A stretch of DNA of 64,000 nt, taken from the NCBI GenBank assembly GCA_965248355.1, contig OZ252098.1, forward strand, positions 2,752,001 through 2,816,000, read 5' to 3'. The notes beneath the pieces are model-generated. The model was not told the origin of the DNA and ran no database searches. It was given only the letters and a program-made list of their open reading frames with translations. Position 1 is the stretch's first letter. Every line of letters begins with the position of its first letter. Made by a program: the position numbers and the translations under genes. This document shows, in pieces, positions 1-8,923 of the stretch. The stretch comes from Candidatus Latescibacterota bacterium. Lineage in GTDB: Bacteria; Latescibacterota; UBA2968; UBA8231.

Positions 1-371
1 AGCTCGATGAGGACCCGTCGCAGCACCAGGCGGACGACGGCGGTATCCCCCGGGGCCAGGTGCAGGGTGCGCCGCGCCGGCTCATAGCCGATGAAGGAGG
101 CGAGGAGCTGGCCCTCGCCCAGGTGCCGGGTGGCGAAGCCGAAACGGCCGTCCCGCCCGGTGGCGGCGCCGTCGGTGGTGCCGGCGATCTGCACGTTGGC
201 GAAGGCGACGGGCTCTCCCGCTCCGTCCACGACCTCTCCCTGCACGACGGCCAGGTCCTGGGCGTGGACGGCGGCGGCGAGGCAGGCTCCGCCGAGGAGG
301 GCGGTGAGCAGCCGGGGCGAGTGGCTTCTCTCCCCCGGAGACCGAGGCACCGCCTTCCCTCCCTGCATCAT
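1..371 (-). CDS. N-terminal part of a probable TonB-dependent receptor (signal peptide + carboxypeptidase-regulatory-like domain); runs off the window edge
   Basis: Own translation from ATG 371: MMQGG...AAAVHAQDLAVVQGEVVDGAGEPVAFANVQIAGTTDGAATGRDGRF...SFIGYEP...LRRVLIE, typical CarboxypepD_reg-like N-domain. Confidence 0.75.
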   Translation of the reverse strand, partial: MMQGGKAVPRSPGERSHSPRLLTALLGGACLAAAVHAQDLAVVQGEVVDGAGEPVAFANVQIAGTTDGAATGRDGRFGFATRHLGEGQLLASFIGYEPARRTLHLAPGDTAVVRLVLRRVLIE

Positions 372-378
372 CAGAGCC

Positions 379-711
379 TCAGAGCCTCGCGCCGCGGATC
401 ACCGTCTGCAGGGCCTCGAGGTGGCTCCGCAGGGCCCCGGCGCCCTTGTCGGTGAGGCGGTACCACGTGACCGGCTTGCGGTTCTCGAAGCGCTTGGAGA
501 CGTCCAGGTAGCCCGCGTCCTCCAGCTTGCGCAGATGCGCCCCCATGTTGCCGTCCGTCTCCTTCAGGTGCCGCTTCAGGCTGGTGAAGGTCATGGCCTC
601 CACGTCGGCCAGCAGCACGCAGGCCCCGAGCCGGCTGCGGTGCTCCAGCAGCTTGTCCAGCCGGACCAGCCCCTCGGAGGTGACCTCAGCCGGCTGTGAC
701 GGCTTCTTCAT
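379..711 (-). CDS. Winged-helix transcriptional regulator (MarR/ArsR-like, HTH_34 type)
   Basis: Motifs FTSLKRHLKETDGNMGAHLRKLEDAGY and PVTWYRLTDKG. Confidence 0.85.
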   Translation of the reverse strand: MKKPSQPAEVTSEGLVRLDKLLEHRSRLGACVLLADVEAMTFTSLKRHLKETDGNMGAHLRKLEDAGYLDVSKRFENRKPVTWYRLTDKGAGALRSHLEALQTVIRGARL

Positions 712-1270
712 CCTTCGGCTTCATCCACAGGGCGCTGGCCACGAGAGCCGCGGAGGTGGCCAGGCCCACGGTGGTCCAGGGCCAGGGCTGGATGTGGTCG
801 ACGGCGGCCGCCCCGCAGATGAGCAGGACCCCCGGCCAGAGGGTGCGCCGGTCCAGGTGCAGGCCGCCCAGGAAGAACACGGCGCCGGAGAGGAGGGCGA
901 AGAGCTGGGCGATGACCCAGCCGTCCAACCGGTGAGCGACGGCGATGGAGATCACCGCCACGCCGCCGAAGAAGATGGTGCCCCAGTGCAGGGCGTGGCG
1001 GGCGCCCAGGCCCGGCCGGCGGAACCCCCGTTTTCTGTCCTCCCGAACGCCGAGGCCGAGGCTGATGAGGAAACCAGCCACCGGGGCGGTCATCCAGAAC
1101 AGGGGGGCGTACTCCATGGCGAAGTCGTTCAGGGCGTATCCGACGCTGAGGATCACCGCCCACAGGATGATGATGGCCAGCGAGCGGTATTCGCCCTTCT
1201 CCCGCTGCTCCACCGCCTGGCGGACGAAGGACACGTCCTCTTCGAGCTTCTGGGTCACTTCGGGGTCCAT
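686..1270 (-). CDS. Hypothetical multi-pass membrane protein, operonic with the HTH regulator
   Basis: About 6 hydrophobic segments; overlaps regulator start; AGGAG RBS upstream. Confidence 0.75.
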   Translation of the reverse strand: MDPEVTQKLEEDVSFVRQAVEQREKGEYRSLAIIILWAVILSVGYALNDFAMEYAPLFWMTAPVAGFLISLGLGVREDRKRGFRRPGLGARHALHWGTIFFGGVAVISIAVAHRLDGWVIAQLFALLSGAVFFLGGLHLDRRTLWPGVLLICGAAAVDHIQPWPWTTVGLATSAALVASALWMKPKDEEAVTAG

Positions 1271-1324
1271 GGGAGTCTCCTTGCGCGGCGCTCCACCGCG
1301 AGAAACGGGGGGGGCGATTGAGTT

Positions 1325-1364
1325 AGAGTACTCTGAAAAATAGAGTTAATGAGGCTCATGTCAA
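1325..1364 (-). promoter_or_regulatory. Sigma70-like promoter (TTGACA-N16-TATTTT) overlapped by an inverted-repeat operator ACTCT-N7-AGAGT
   Basis: AT-rich patch; tgtcaa at 1359-1364, aaaata at 1337-1342, ACTCT 1330-1334 / AGAGT 1342-1346. Confidence 0.55.
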
Positions 1365-1446
1365 CCCTTATTTTTCCAGGGATTTCCCTGGGTCGGGAGA
1401 CCATCGGGGGGATCTCACATGACCACCCTCACACCGGGAGGATCTC

Positions 1447-1959
1447 ATGTCCAATACATCAGTACGGATACCGGCGCTGGCGATTCTCGCGCTGCTGCTG
1501 TCCGTGAACGCGGGTCTGGCCCTGCCTGTGCCGCCCGAGACGGTGGTGGCCGAGCCATTCACCCCGGAGGGGGATCAGGGCGACCAGAGCGGCTTCGTCC
1601 TGCTGACCTGGGATGCGGTGGAGGGAGCGGACGGCTACCGGATCTACCGCGAGATACAGGTCAGTGTGGGCCTCGATGAACAGGGCAACGTGGTTGAGCT
1701 GGATACCCCCAGGTATGCCCTCGTGCCGTGGGGCCGCATCGACCCTCAGCCTGGGGAGTCTGTCGTCAGGGCCGTCGTCGCCATGCTCGACGGGGATACG
1801 AACACCCTGTGGGCGGTCACGACGGTGCAGAATACCGATGATGGACCGGTGGAGTCCGAGCCCCGCTACTTCCAGGTGCAGGTGGAGGGGGTCGGGACGG
1901 GGGTGCAGGCGCGCAGTTGGGGGGATTTGAAACAGTTGCCGAGGAAAGGTGCAAGATGA
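1447..1959 (+). CDS. Secreted FN3-like hypothetical protein with C-terminal SWGDLK motif
   Basis: Signal peptide; LTWDAVEGADGYRIYR FN3-like motif; ends ARSWGDLKQ; GGAGG RBS. Confidence 0.7.
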   Translation: MSNTSVRIPALAILALLLSVNAGLALPVPPETVVAEPFTPEGDQGDQSGFVLLTWDAVEGADGYRIYREIQVSVGLDEQGNVVELDTPRYALVPWGRIDPQPGESVVRAVVAMLDGDTNTLWAVTTVQNTDDGPVESEPRYFQVQVEGVGTGVQARSWGDLKQLPRKGAR

Positions 1960-2597
1960 CGGAACAGCCCGCTCCGTACCCCGTCCGGTTCTCGATCGAC
2001 TACCCCGAGTCCAGCCGGAGACTCACGGCCTTTTTCAGGCTCGTCCTGGCGATCCCGATCCTCATCCTCCTCAGCCTGGTGAGCGGGGCCGCCCCCACCG
2101 GGGATACGACCGAATACCAGGGGATGACCCTCCTCGTCGCAGGCGGGCTGTTGTGGCTCCCCCCGATGCTGATGATCCTGTTCCGCCGGAAGTACCCGCG
2201 CTGGTGGTTCGACTGGAACCTGGAGCTGCTCCGCTTCGTGACCCGAGTCGAGGCCTACCTGATGCTGCTGCGCGACGACTACCCCTCCACCGACGAGCGG
2301 CAGGGGGTCCACATCGACGTCCCATACCCGGACGTGGAAGGCGAGTTGAACCGGTTCCTGCCGCTGGTCAAGTGGATCCTGGCGATCCCGCACTACATCG
2401 TCCTGGCGATCATCGGAAGCCTGGCTTTCCTGGTGACCATCATCGCCTGGTTCGCGATCCTGATCGTCGGCCGCTACCCGCGGGAGCTGTTCCTGTTCGT
2501 GGAAGGGACGCTGCGCTGGGGCATGCGGGTCACGGCCTACGCCTTCCTGCTCACCACCGACAGGTACCCGCCCTTCCGCTTCGGCTCCGATCCCTGA
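1956..2597 (+). CDS. DUF4389-family membrane protein
   Basis: Internal duplication ILFRRKYPRWWFD...DDYP / ILIVGRYPRELF...TDRYPPF; ATGA overlap with upstream stop. Confidence 0.85.
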   Translation: MTEQPAPYPVRFSIDYPESSRRLTAFFRLVLAIPILILLSLVSGAAPTGDTTEYQGMTLLVAGGLLWLPPMLMILFRRKYPRWWFDWNLELLRFVTRVEAYLMLLRDDYPSTDERQGVHIDVPYPDVEGELNRFLPLVKWILAIPHYIVLAIIGSLAFLVTIIAWFAILIVGRYPRELFLFVEGTLRWGMRVTAYAFLLTTDRYPPFRFGSDP

Positions 2598-2634
2598 CGA
2601 GGCCCCGAGTGGGGCCTGAATTCATACTTCGTAC

Positions 2635-2986
2635 ATGCGATTCCATGAATTCGTCGAGGATCAGGTGCTTTCCCCGACGCTTGTCGCCGAGGCTCTTCGT
2701 ACCACCAAATCGGAGATCGCCGGCACACTGGGTCTCACAAAAGAGGCGTTTACACGCGCATCATGGGTCAGGGCGCGCAAGACCCAGGTCCGTCTGCGGC
2801 AGATGCTGGAGATCCTGAATCGCGTCGAGGATGCGACCGGATCGCCACTCGCCGCCTATGCCTGGTTCCGCGCCGCACCGCTGCCCGGCTTCGGGGGCAC
2901 CACGCCGAATCAGTTGCCTGCGCGAAGGCAGGGCCGACCACATGCATGCCTATCTCGACCGGATCATGACCGGCGGCTTTGCCTGA
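2635..2986 (+). pseudogene. Xre/MbcA/ParS-type antitoxin with a +1 frameshift near 2917
   Basis: AYAWFRAAPLPGFGGTTPNQL, then a shifted frame gives LREGRADHMHAYLDRIMTGGFA*, the expected C-terminus. Confidence 0.75.
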
Positions 2987-3116
2987 GTGACCTTGGATCT
3001 GCCTGGCGCACCATCCCCAGTCGTACCTCACACCCTGTCCAACCAGAACGCCTGTCGCCACTGGGACGCATCACCTCAGTGTTTGTCGGATTGCACCCTA
3101 ACTGGCGAGACGCACG

Positions 3117-4022
3117 ATGGAGTACCCGCGCTTTCGCGACTACGTTACTGAACTCAAACGGGGCGAGGTGTACGGAATTTTCGTCGACGACACTGGCTCT
3201 CCCGGCATCCAAGGCGCGCCGGCGAATTTCCATCCCGAACGCAAGACGTGGGTCGCAGTAGTCATTCCGCCATGGCAAATCGGCGAAATGATGGAACAAT
3301 TGCCGTCGGCGTTGGACGAACTCCACAAGACTGTGGGAGCAGATGAACTCCACTTTACGGAGATCTACTCAGGTAAGAAGGAATTCAAGAACGTAGATCT
3401 TCAGGTACGGCTTGGTTTATTCGAGTTCATGTCCTTCATATTCTCCGCCTACAACTTTCCTATTATTGTCCAGACGTTTGATCCTAAGACTCTTGCCGAC
3501 GTTCGATCGCGAAGTAAGGGGCGACTCCCTGAAGCGATTCCACCCCTTCGACCTCACTCAGTGCAACGACTTGGCGTTGTTCTATCTTCTCCTCAGACTT
3601 CGGTTCTACATGCAGGACACTACAACGTTCCCTAGCACAAAAGCACGCGTTTTTGTCGATCAAGGCTTCAAGAAAAACGGAATCGCAATCCGAATCCACC
3701 ATTTGATGACGCATTTGCGGACGGCCAGATCTGTTTCGCGCAATCATCGAGTATACTCCCAATTCAACTCGCCGACTTTGCTGCGTTTTCGTTGAATCGT
3801 ATCCAGTTGATTGCTGGCAAGGAGCAACGCAGTTCTCTTGACTTGCGACTGCTTGACATTCTGTCATCTATTGCGTTCAACTACGTTAACCTTGAACAGA
3901 AGGCCGCACCTGTGGATCAACCAGGGCCATTTCTTACCCTTTCGGACACTCGTCCACATGGGCCACCTCAACCCATTGCTACCAGAAAGGACCGATGCCA
4001 TGAGTGTGATTCGGGCGAATGA
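3117..4022 (+). pseudogene. DUF3800-domain protein with two compensating frameshifts (~3545, ~3696); may be intact if these are sequencing errors
   Basis: N-terminal FVDDTG, ELHFTEIYSG and C-terminal IQLADFAA motifs; the protein runs across three ORF pieces (3117..3635, 3412..3795, 3792..4022). Confidence 0.7.
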
Positions 4023-4340
4023 CCTGTTTAGGATTGAGGATGCACGCCTTTACAAATTCCATGCAGCTAGGTGGAATAGGATAGAAATGCCCCTAGATGT
4101 ATTTGTCCGCAGTAATGAGGAATGGTTTGGGTGGAACACCTGGCGGAATCCACGAAATGAGTTCAACCGACAATACATTTTCTCGCTGATGGACTTCTAT
4201 CACGACCACAATACCTGGCTGTTTGGTGGCATCTTTGAAGTAGTGGGTCGAGGGACAGAGGTCAATAGTCACAGCTACCGGATTGAAGAGGTCCAAGACT
4301 ACCGCCCATATGTTGGTAGACTCAAGAGTGGGTTGAAAAA

Positions 4341-5765
4341 GGGCAAGTCCCATTTTCAGTTGAAACGTAGCCCAGGCTCGAGTGGATGAGTCAGCCCGTC
4401 ATCGCGAGCTGTTTGAGGCCGAGTTCGGCTTGGAGCGCTTGTCGGAGCATCGGCAGGTGGTGGTAACCGTTGATCCGGCGCAGGCGAGGTTCGATGTCGA
4501 GCAACGCCGTGGCGACCCAGCGGTGACGCTGCGACGAGTTGGTCCAGCGCCGCACGTTGTGCGTCAACTGCTCCAGGAGACTGTTGACGTTCTCGATACA
4601 GTTGGTGGTACGGAAGGAGGCCTTCAGCATCGGCATCAGGCCCAGGCGGTGGAGCGTGAGGGTTTCTTCCTGGCCTTCCTCCAAGCTGCGCAGGGCCGAC
4701 TGGTTCATCAACTGCAACCCCGGTTTCAGCGCCTCCAGGGCGGCTTGGGCCTCCTCGTACGTCGAGTGCCCATACGCCGCTTCCAGCTTTCGACGAACGC
4801 CGGCCTGCTCGCTCTTGGGCAGGTACGAGACCACGTTCTGGCGCTTGTGATACTGGCATCGCTGCACGCAGGCATGGCCTTGAAGCACCGACCGCACCGC
4901 CTTGTACAGGCCCTTGCCTCCATCGATCACCACGAGCAGCCCGGCTTCGTATTGCAGGCCCCGCTCGACCAGCTCCGCCAGGAAGCGGCGACAGACGCGC
5001 TCGTTCTCGGTGGCCGCCTGCACGAAACCCAGAGGGATCTTGTGTCCTTCCACAGTGACGCCCAGGGCGATGAGGATTTCCTCGTCGGCGAAGCTCTTGC
5101 CGTCCAGAAACAGCGCCACCAGGTCGTAGCCTTCCAAGGATCGCTGCTGGAATTCGGCCAGCTTGCGCGCCGTGCCTTTCACATACCGGCGAGAGACCGA
5201 GGAACGGGACAGACCGAAGGCTTGCGGGACGGTCTCGGCGCAGGCCTCGTAGTTGCGCGTGGCCAGGCCCTTCAGCACCCGCAACAACAGCCCCTGATCC
5301 ATCTGCCTCGGCGTCTGCAGGGCCTGGTAGGCCTCCAGCGGGACCTCGGTGCCGCGGACCACATCGCGCACGCGCGGCACCTCGACCGGCAGTTTCTGAT
5401 CGCCCAGGTACACCGACCCGGCCTGCGCTCCCCAGCGGCGCAACGGCTGATCCGGCCCCTTGCGCTGATACCGAGGTCCGGCCAGGGCCTCCACGCCCCG
5501 TCGCAGCTCCTCCCCAACCGCCTGCAGCCCCAGGGGGATCAGCAGCTGGATGATCTCGATGCGAGTCTCCAGATCGTCCATCGACGCGGTGGCTTGGCGG
5601 TTCACGGGGCCGATGGTCACGGTCCGTTTGACGCCCCTTTTCCGTGCTTGTAGCTTGCTCATGGCAGGCTCCTTGGGTTACCGAATACGAGGCTTCTTGG
5701 CGATTTCTCGTATCAAACGTAACGATGGGAGCCTGTGTTATTTCAACTAAGATCGGGACAATGCC
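4341..5765. mobile_element. IS256-family insertion sequence, 1425 bp, imperfect 25-bp terminal inverted repeats, 8-bp target duplication TTGAAAAA
   Basis: Left end GGGCAAGTCCCATTTTCAGTTGAAA vs reverse complement of right end GGCATTGTCCCGATCTTAGTTGAAA; TTGAAAAA at 4333-4340 and 5766-5773. Confidence 0.9.
4391..5662 (-). CDS. IS256 (Mutator-like) DDE transposase
   Basis: LFLDG, VIDGGKGL, QRCQYHKRQNV and RTTNCIENVNS motifs; 423 aa. Confidence 0.92.
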   Translation of the reverse strand: MSKLQARKRGVKRTVTIGPVNRQATASMDDLETRIEIIQLLIPLGLQAVGEELRRGVEALAGPRYQRKGPDQPLRRWGAQAGSVYLGDQKLPVEVPRVRDVVRGTEVPLEAYQALQTPRQMDQGLLLRVLKGLATRNYEACAETVPQAFGLSRSSVSRRYVKGTARKLAEFQQRSLEGYDLVALFLDGKSFADEEILIALGVTVEGHKIPLGFVQAATENERVCRRFLAELVERGLQYEAGLLVVIDGGKGLYKAVRSVLQGHACVQRCQYHKRQNVVSYLPKSEQAGVRRKLEAAYGHSTYEEAQAALEALKPGLQLMNQSALRSLEEGQEETLTLHRLGLMPMLKASFRTTNCIENVNSLLEQLTHNVRRWTNSSQRHRWVATALLDIEPRLRRINGYHHLPMLRQALQAELGLKQLAMTG

Positions 5766-6353
5766 TTGAAAAAGCCGCCTAGGGGTAGGGCCTTTCGATT
5801 GGAAAAGTACATAAAGGACATGGTGGTCTCTGAAATCCTACAGCGACCGTATTCCGGGGAGGCCTTTCCAGGATATGAGTGCATCAATCATGATTTCTCC
5901 TCACTTCGCACGGTGTTCGAGACAGAGAGACCAGATTGGAAGGCGGCCCTCCAGAATGTGAAAGGCGTCTATGTGATAACTGATAGGGCCAACGGAAAGA
6001 GGTATGTGGGCTCGGCATACGGTGATTCTGGCATCTGGGCACGATGGAGTTGCTACATCGGTACAGGACATGGTTGGAATGATGAACTGACGACGTTGAT
6101 AGGGCAGAAGGGCGAAGCATACGCCGTGAAGAACTTCCAGATGTCGCTGCTCGAATATCGGCCGATGAAGACGGATGACAGTGCTATCCTCGAGAGGGAG
6201 GGATTCTGGAAAGAGGTGATGATCTCAAGAGGGAAGTATGGCTACAACAAGAACTAGACGCAGCCAACAAGGTAGTGAGCAGGACGTGCCGAGGAACACA
6301 CTATTGCTCTGGGTAGGCAGGAACCGAACCCGGACGTGGTATAGCTCCCGCCC

Positions 6354-8915
6354 CTACTCCCGCGCCTCCGGGAACTGCTCGTACAGCAGATTGAAGGCCG
6401 CCGGCGTTCCGCACACGTACAGGGCGTCCGCGTCGGACAGCGCCGACGGCGGGATATCCAGCTGCACCTCGCCCCCCCTCTCGACGGCGACCACCGAGCA
6501 GCCGGTGCGCTCGCGGATGCGGGCCTCGACGGGACGGCCGCCGAAGCGCCGGGCGGGCATCTTCACCAGCTTGATGCGCGGCTGGTGCGAGATCGCCTCG
6601 CCGAGGACGTGGTGGGCGAGGATCTGTCCGGCCACCTGGCTCACCGAGAGGGCGAAGTCGGCGCCGGCCTGCTGGATGCGTCCCACGTTCTCCACCAGTG
6701 ACACGGCGGCGATGAGGGGCACCTCGGGGGCGTAGTCGCGCACGACTGTCGTGGCCAGCAGCGTGGCGCTGTCGGTCTCGTGGGACAGGCTCACGGCGCG
6801 GGCCCCGGCGATGGGGGTGCGCTCGAGCACGTCCCGGTCGAGGATGTCGCCGGCCAGGTCCACCCCCTCGCCGCCGGCCGGGTCGACGACGAAGGTCGGC
6901 TCGCCGGCGCTGCGCAGGATCTCCACCAGCTTCGCCCGCACGTCGCCCGAACCCACGACGACCAGCGGCCCCTCCTCGGTGATGGGCCGCACCCAGTCGT
7001 CGAGGCGGCGGATGCTCTCCGGCGAGCCGGCGGCCACCAGGATCGATCCCGGCTGCAGGGTCTCGTCGGCTGCCGGGGGCGAGTGCAGGGAGTCATCCTT
7101 CCACTGGCCGACGATCTGGGCGCCGGTGCGGGATCTCAGCTCGCTGCCGGCCAGGGTCTGCCCTGCGAGGGGACTGGCGTCGTGCACCCGGATCTCGGCC
7201 ACCTCCAGCAGGTGGCCCAGGGGCTCGACGCCGGCCACGCGGGGGCCGATGCGGGCGCTGGCGCGCACGGCGAGGACGGCGGCCAGGGCGTGGTTCGGGG
7301 TGAAGGCGGCGCTGGCCCCGGCCAGCGTCATCGCCGCCCGCCGGGTGGGCTCGTCGATCAGGGCGACGATGGGGCCCCGGAACCCCTGCTCGCGGGCCCC
7401 CAGGGAGAACAGGGCGTTGCGGTCGTCCTCGCCGTTGGCCACCAGGGCCTGAGCCCCGGCCAGCCGCCGCAGGTCCAGCTCCTCCTCGGCCAGCGAGGCG
7501 TGCACGACCCGGTCTCCCCGCGCCAGCAGCCGGCGGGCCACGGCCTCGTCCTCCTCGACCACCACCGCCGGGCGCCCGCGGCTCTGCAGCTCCTTGATCA
7601 GGCCCTCCACCTCGGGGCCGTACCCGTAGATGACGACGCCTCCCTCCACGTCGGGCAGGCGGCGCGGCAGCTGGCCGGTGAAGCGCTCCTCAACCAGAGG
7701 GTCGCGGAACTTGTCGATCTGGAAGACGCCGCGGGTGGCGTCCTGCTGGCGCGCGGCCCGGCCCTGGAGGAGCACGGCGCAGCCCTTGAGAGCCATGGGG
7801 GTGAACAGGTTGAGCAGGAAGGCGGTGAAGATGAGGGTGGTGAACACGGCCTGGTCGATGGCGCCCCGGCTCAGGGCCAGCGCGGCGAGGATGAAGGCCA
7901 TCTCGGCGCGGCCGCACATGCCCACGCCCACGGTGAGGGCCTCGCGGAAGGGCAGGCCCATGCGCAGGGCCATGCCCCCGGCGCCGAGGATCTGGCCGGC
8001 GATGATGAGGCTGGTGAGCAGGAGGATGAACCCCACCTGCGAGGCGCTGATGTCGAAGGTGATGGAGAACCCGAGGGAGATGAAGAAGATCGGCCCCAGG
8101 AAGGAGTAGGCGATGCCGTAGGCGCGGTCGTTGACGACACGCACCAGGTTGGGGTGGGCCACCTTCTCCTCGAAGAACAGGCCCGCCAGGTAGGCGCCGA
8201 GGATCATGTGCAGGCCGATGGCCTCGGCGAAGAGGCCGGCCCCGAAGGCGGTGACCAGGACGAAGGTGAAGCCCTTGCCGCCCTCGGAGCGGAAGGGCAG
8301 GCGCAGGCGGGGATAGACCCAGGTGGCCAGCCCCAGGCTGGCGGCGAAGAAGCCCACCACCTTGCCCAGGTTGACGAGGATGGCCATGGGCTCGAAGGTG
8401 CCGCCCGTGAGCAGGCCGATGACGAGGCCGAAGAACACCATCGTCAGCAGGTTGTCGAGGACGCAGCTGGCGATGACGACGCGGGCCACGCGGGTGTTGG
8501 CCAGGCCCAGGTCGCGCAGGCTCTTGAGGGTGATGACCACGGCCGTGGCCGCCATCGTCAGGCCCACGAAGGTGGCGCCCACGTAGTCGAGGCCGAAGGC
8601 CAGGGCCAGGCCGAAGGCGACGCCGAAGGGAACGATGGCCCCCACCACGGCCACGCCCATGGAGCGTTTGAGGGCGTCGAAGAACTCGTTCGGCTGGGTC
8701 TCCACGCCGGCGTGGAACATGAGGAAGAAGATGCCGATCTCGGCCAGCAGCTGGATGGCCTCGCCGGGCTCGATCAGCCCGAGCACCGCCGGCCCCAGGA
8801 CGACGCCGACGATCAGCTCCCCCATCACCGTGGGCAGCCCGAGGGGGCGCAGGGTGACGGCCACCAGCCAGATGCCGGCCAGCAGAATCAGCAGATCGGA
8901 GGCGATGTCGTGCAT
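6354..8915 (-). CDS. CPA2/Kef-type cation:proton antiporter fused to tandem TrkA_N/TrkA_C (RCK) domains
   Basis: Start MHDIASDLL; GELIVGVVLGP and GMCGRAEMAF antiporter motifs; IYGYG and VVGSG RCK domains. Confidence 0.85.
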   Translation of the reverse strand: MHDIASDLLILLAGIWLVAVTLRPLGLPTVMGELIVGVVLGPAVLGLIEPGEAIQLLAEIGIFFLMFHAGVETQPNEFFDALKRSMGVAVVGAIVPFGVAFGLALAFGLDYVGATFVGLTMAATAVVITLKSLRDLGLANTRVARVVIASCVLDNLLTMVFFGLVIGLLTGGTFEPMAILVNLGKVVGFFAASLGLATWVYPRLRLPFRSEGGKGFTFVLVTAFGAGLFAEAIGLHMILGAYLAGLFFEEKVAHPNLVRVVNDRAYGIAYSFLGPIFFISLGFSITFDISASQVGFILLLTSLIIAGQILGAGGMALRMGLPFREALTVGVGMCGRAEMAFILAALALSRGAIDQAVFTTLIFTAFLLNLFTPMALKGCAVLLQGRAARQQDATRGVFQIDKFRDPLVEERFTGQLPRRLPDVEGGVVIYGYGPEVEGLIKELQSRGRPAVVVEEDEAVARRLLARGDRVVHASLAEEELDLRRLAGAQALVANGEDDRNALFSLGAREQGFRGPIVALIDEPTRRAAMTLAGASAAFTPNHALAAVLAVRASARIGPRVAGVEPLGHLLEVAEIRVHDASPLAGQTLAGSELRSRTGAQIVGQWKDDSLHSPPAADETLQPGSILVAAGSPESIRRLDDWVRPITEEGPLVVVGSGDVRAKLVEILRSAGEPTFVVDPAGGEGVDLAGDILDRDVLERTPIAGARAVSLSHETDSATLLATTVVRDYAPEVPLIAAVSLVENVGRIQQAGADFALSVSQVAGQILAHHVLGEAISHQPRIKLVKMPARRFGGRPVEARIRERTGCSVVAVERGGEVQLDIPPSALSDADALYVCGTPAAFNLLYEQFPEARE

Positions 8916-8923
8916 GCCGGGTG

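Larger units (their letters stand above)
4000..6257 (+). pseudogene. GIY-YIG nuclease interrupted by an IS256-family element (pieces 4000-4340 and 5774-6257)
   Basis: GVYVITDRANGKRYVGSAYG GIY-YIG motif in the 3' part; removing the IS and one TSD copy rejoins ...GRLKSGLKKPPRGRAF in frame. Confidence 0.85.

Noticed and set aside
4382..5653. 423-aa plus-strand ORF inside the IS
   Set aside because: Antisense shadow of the transposase.
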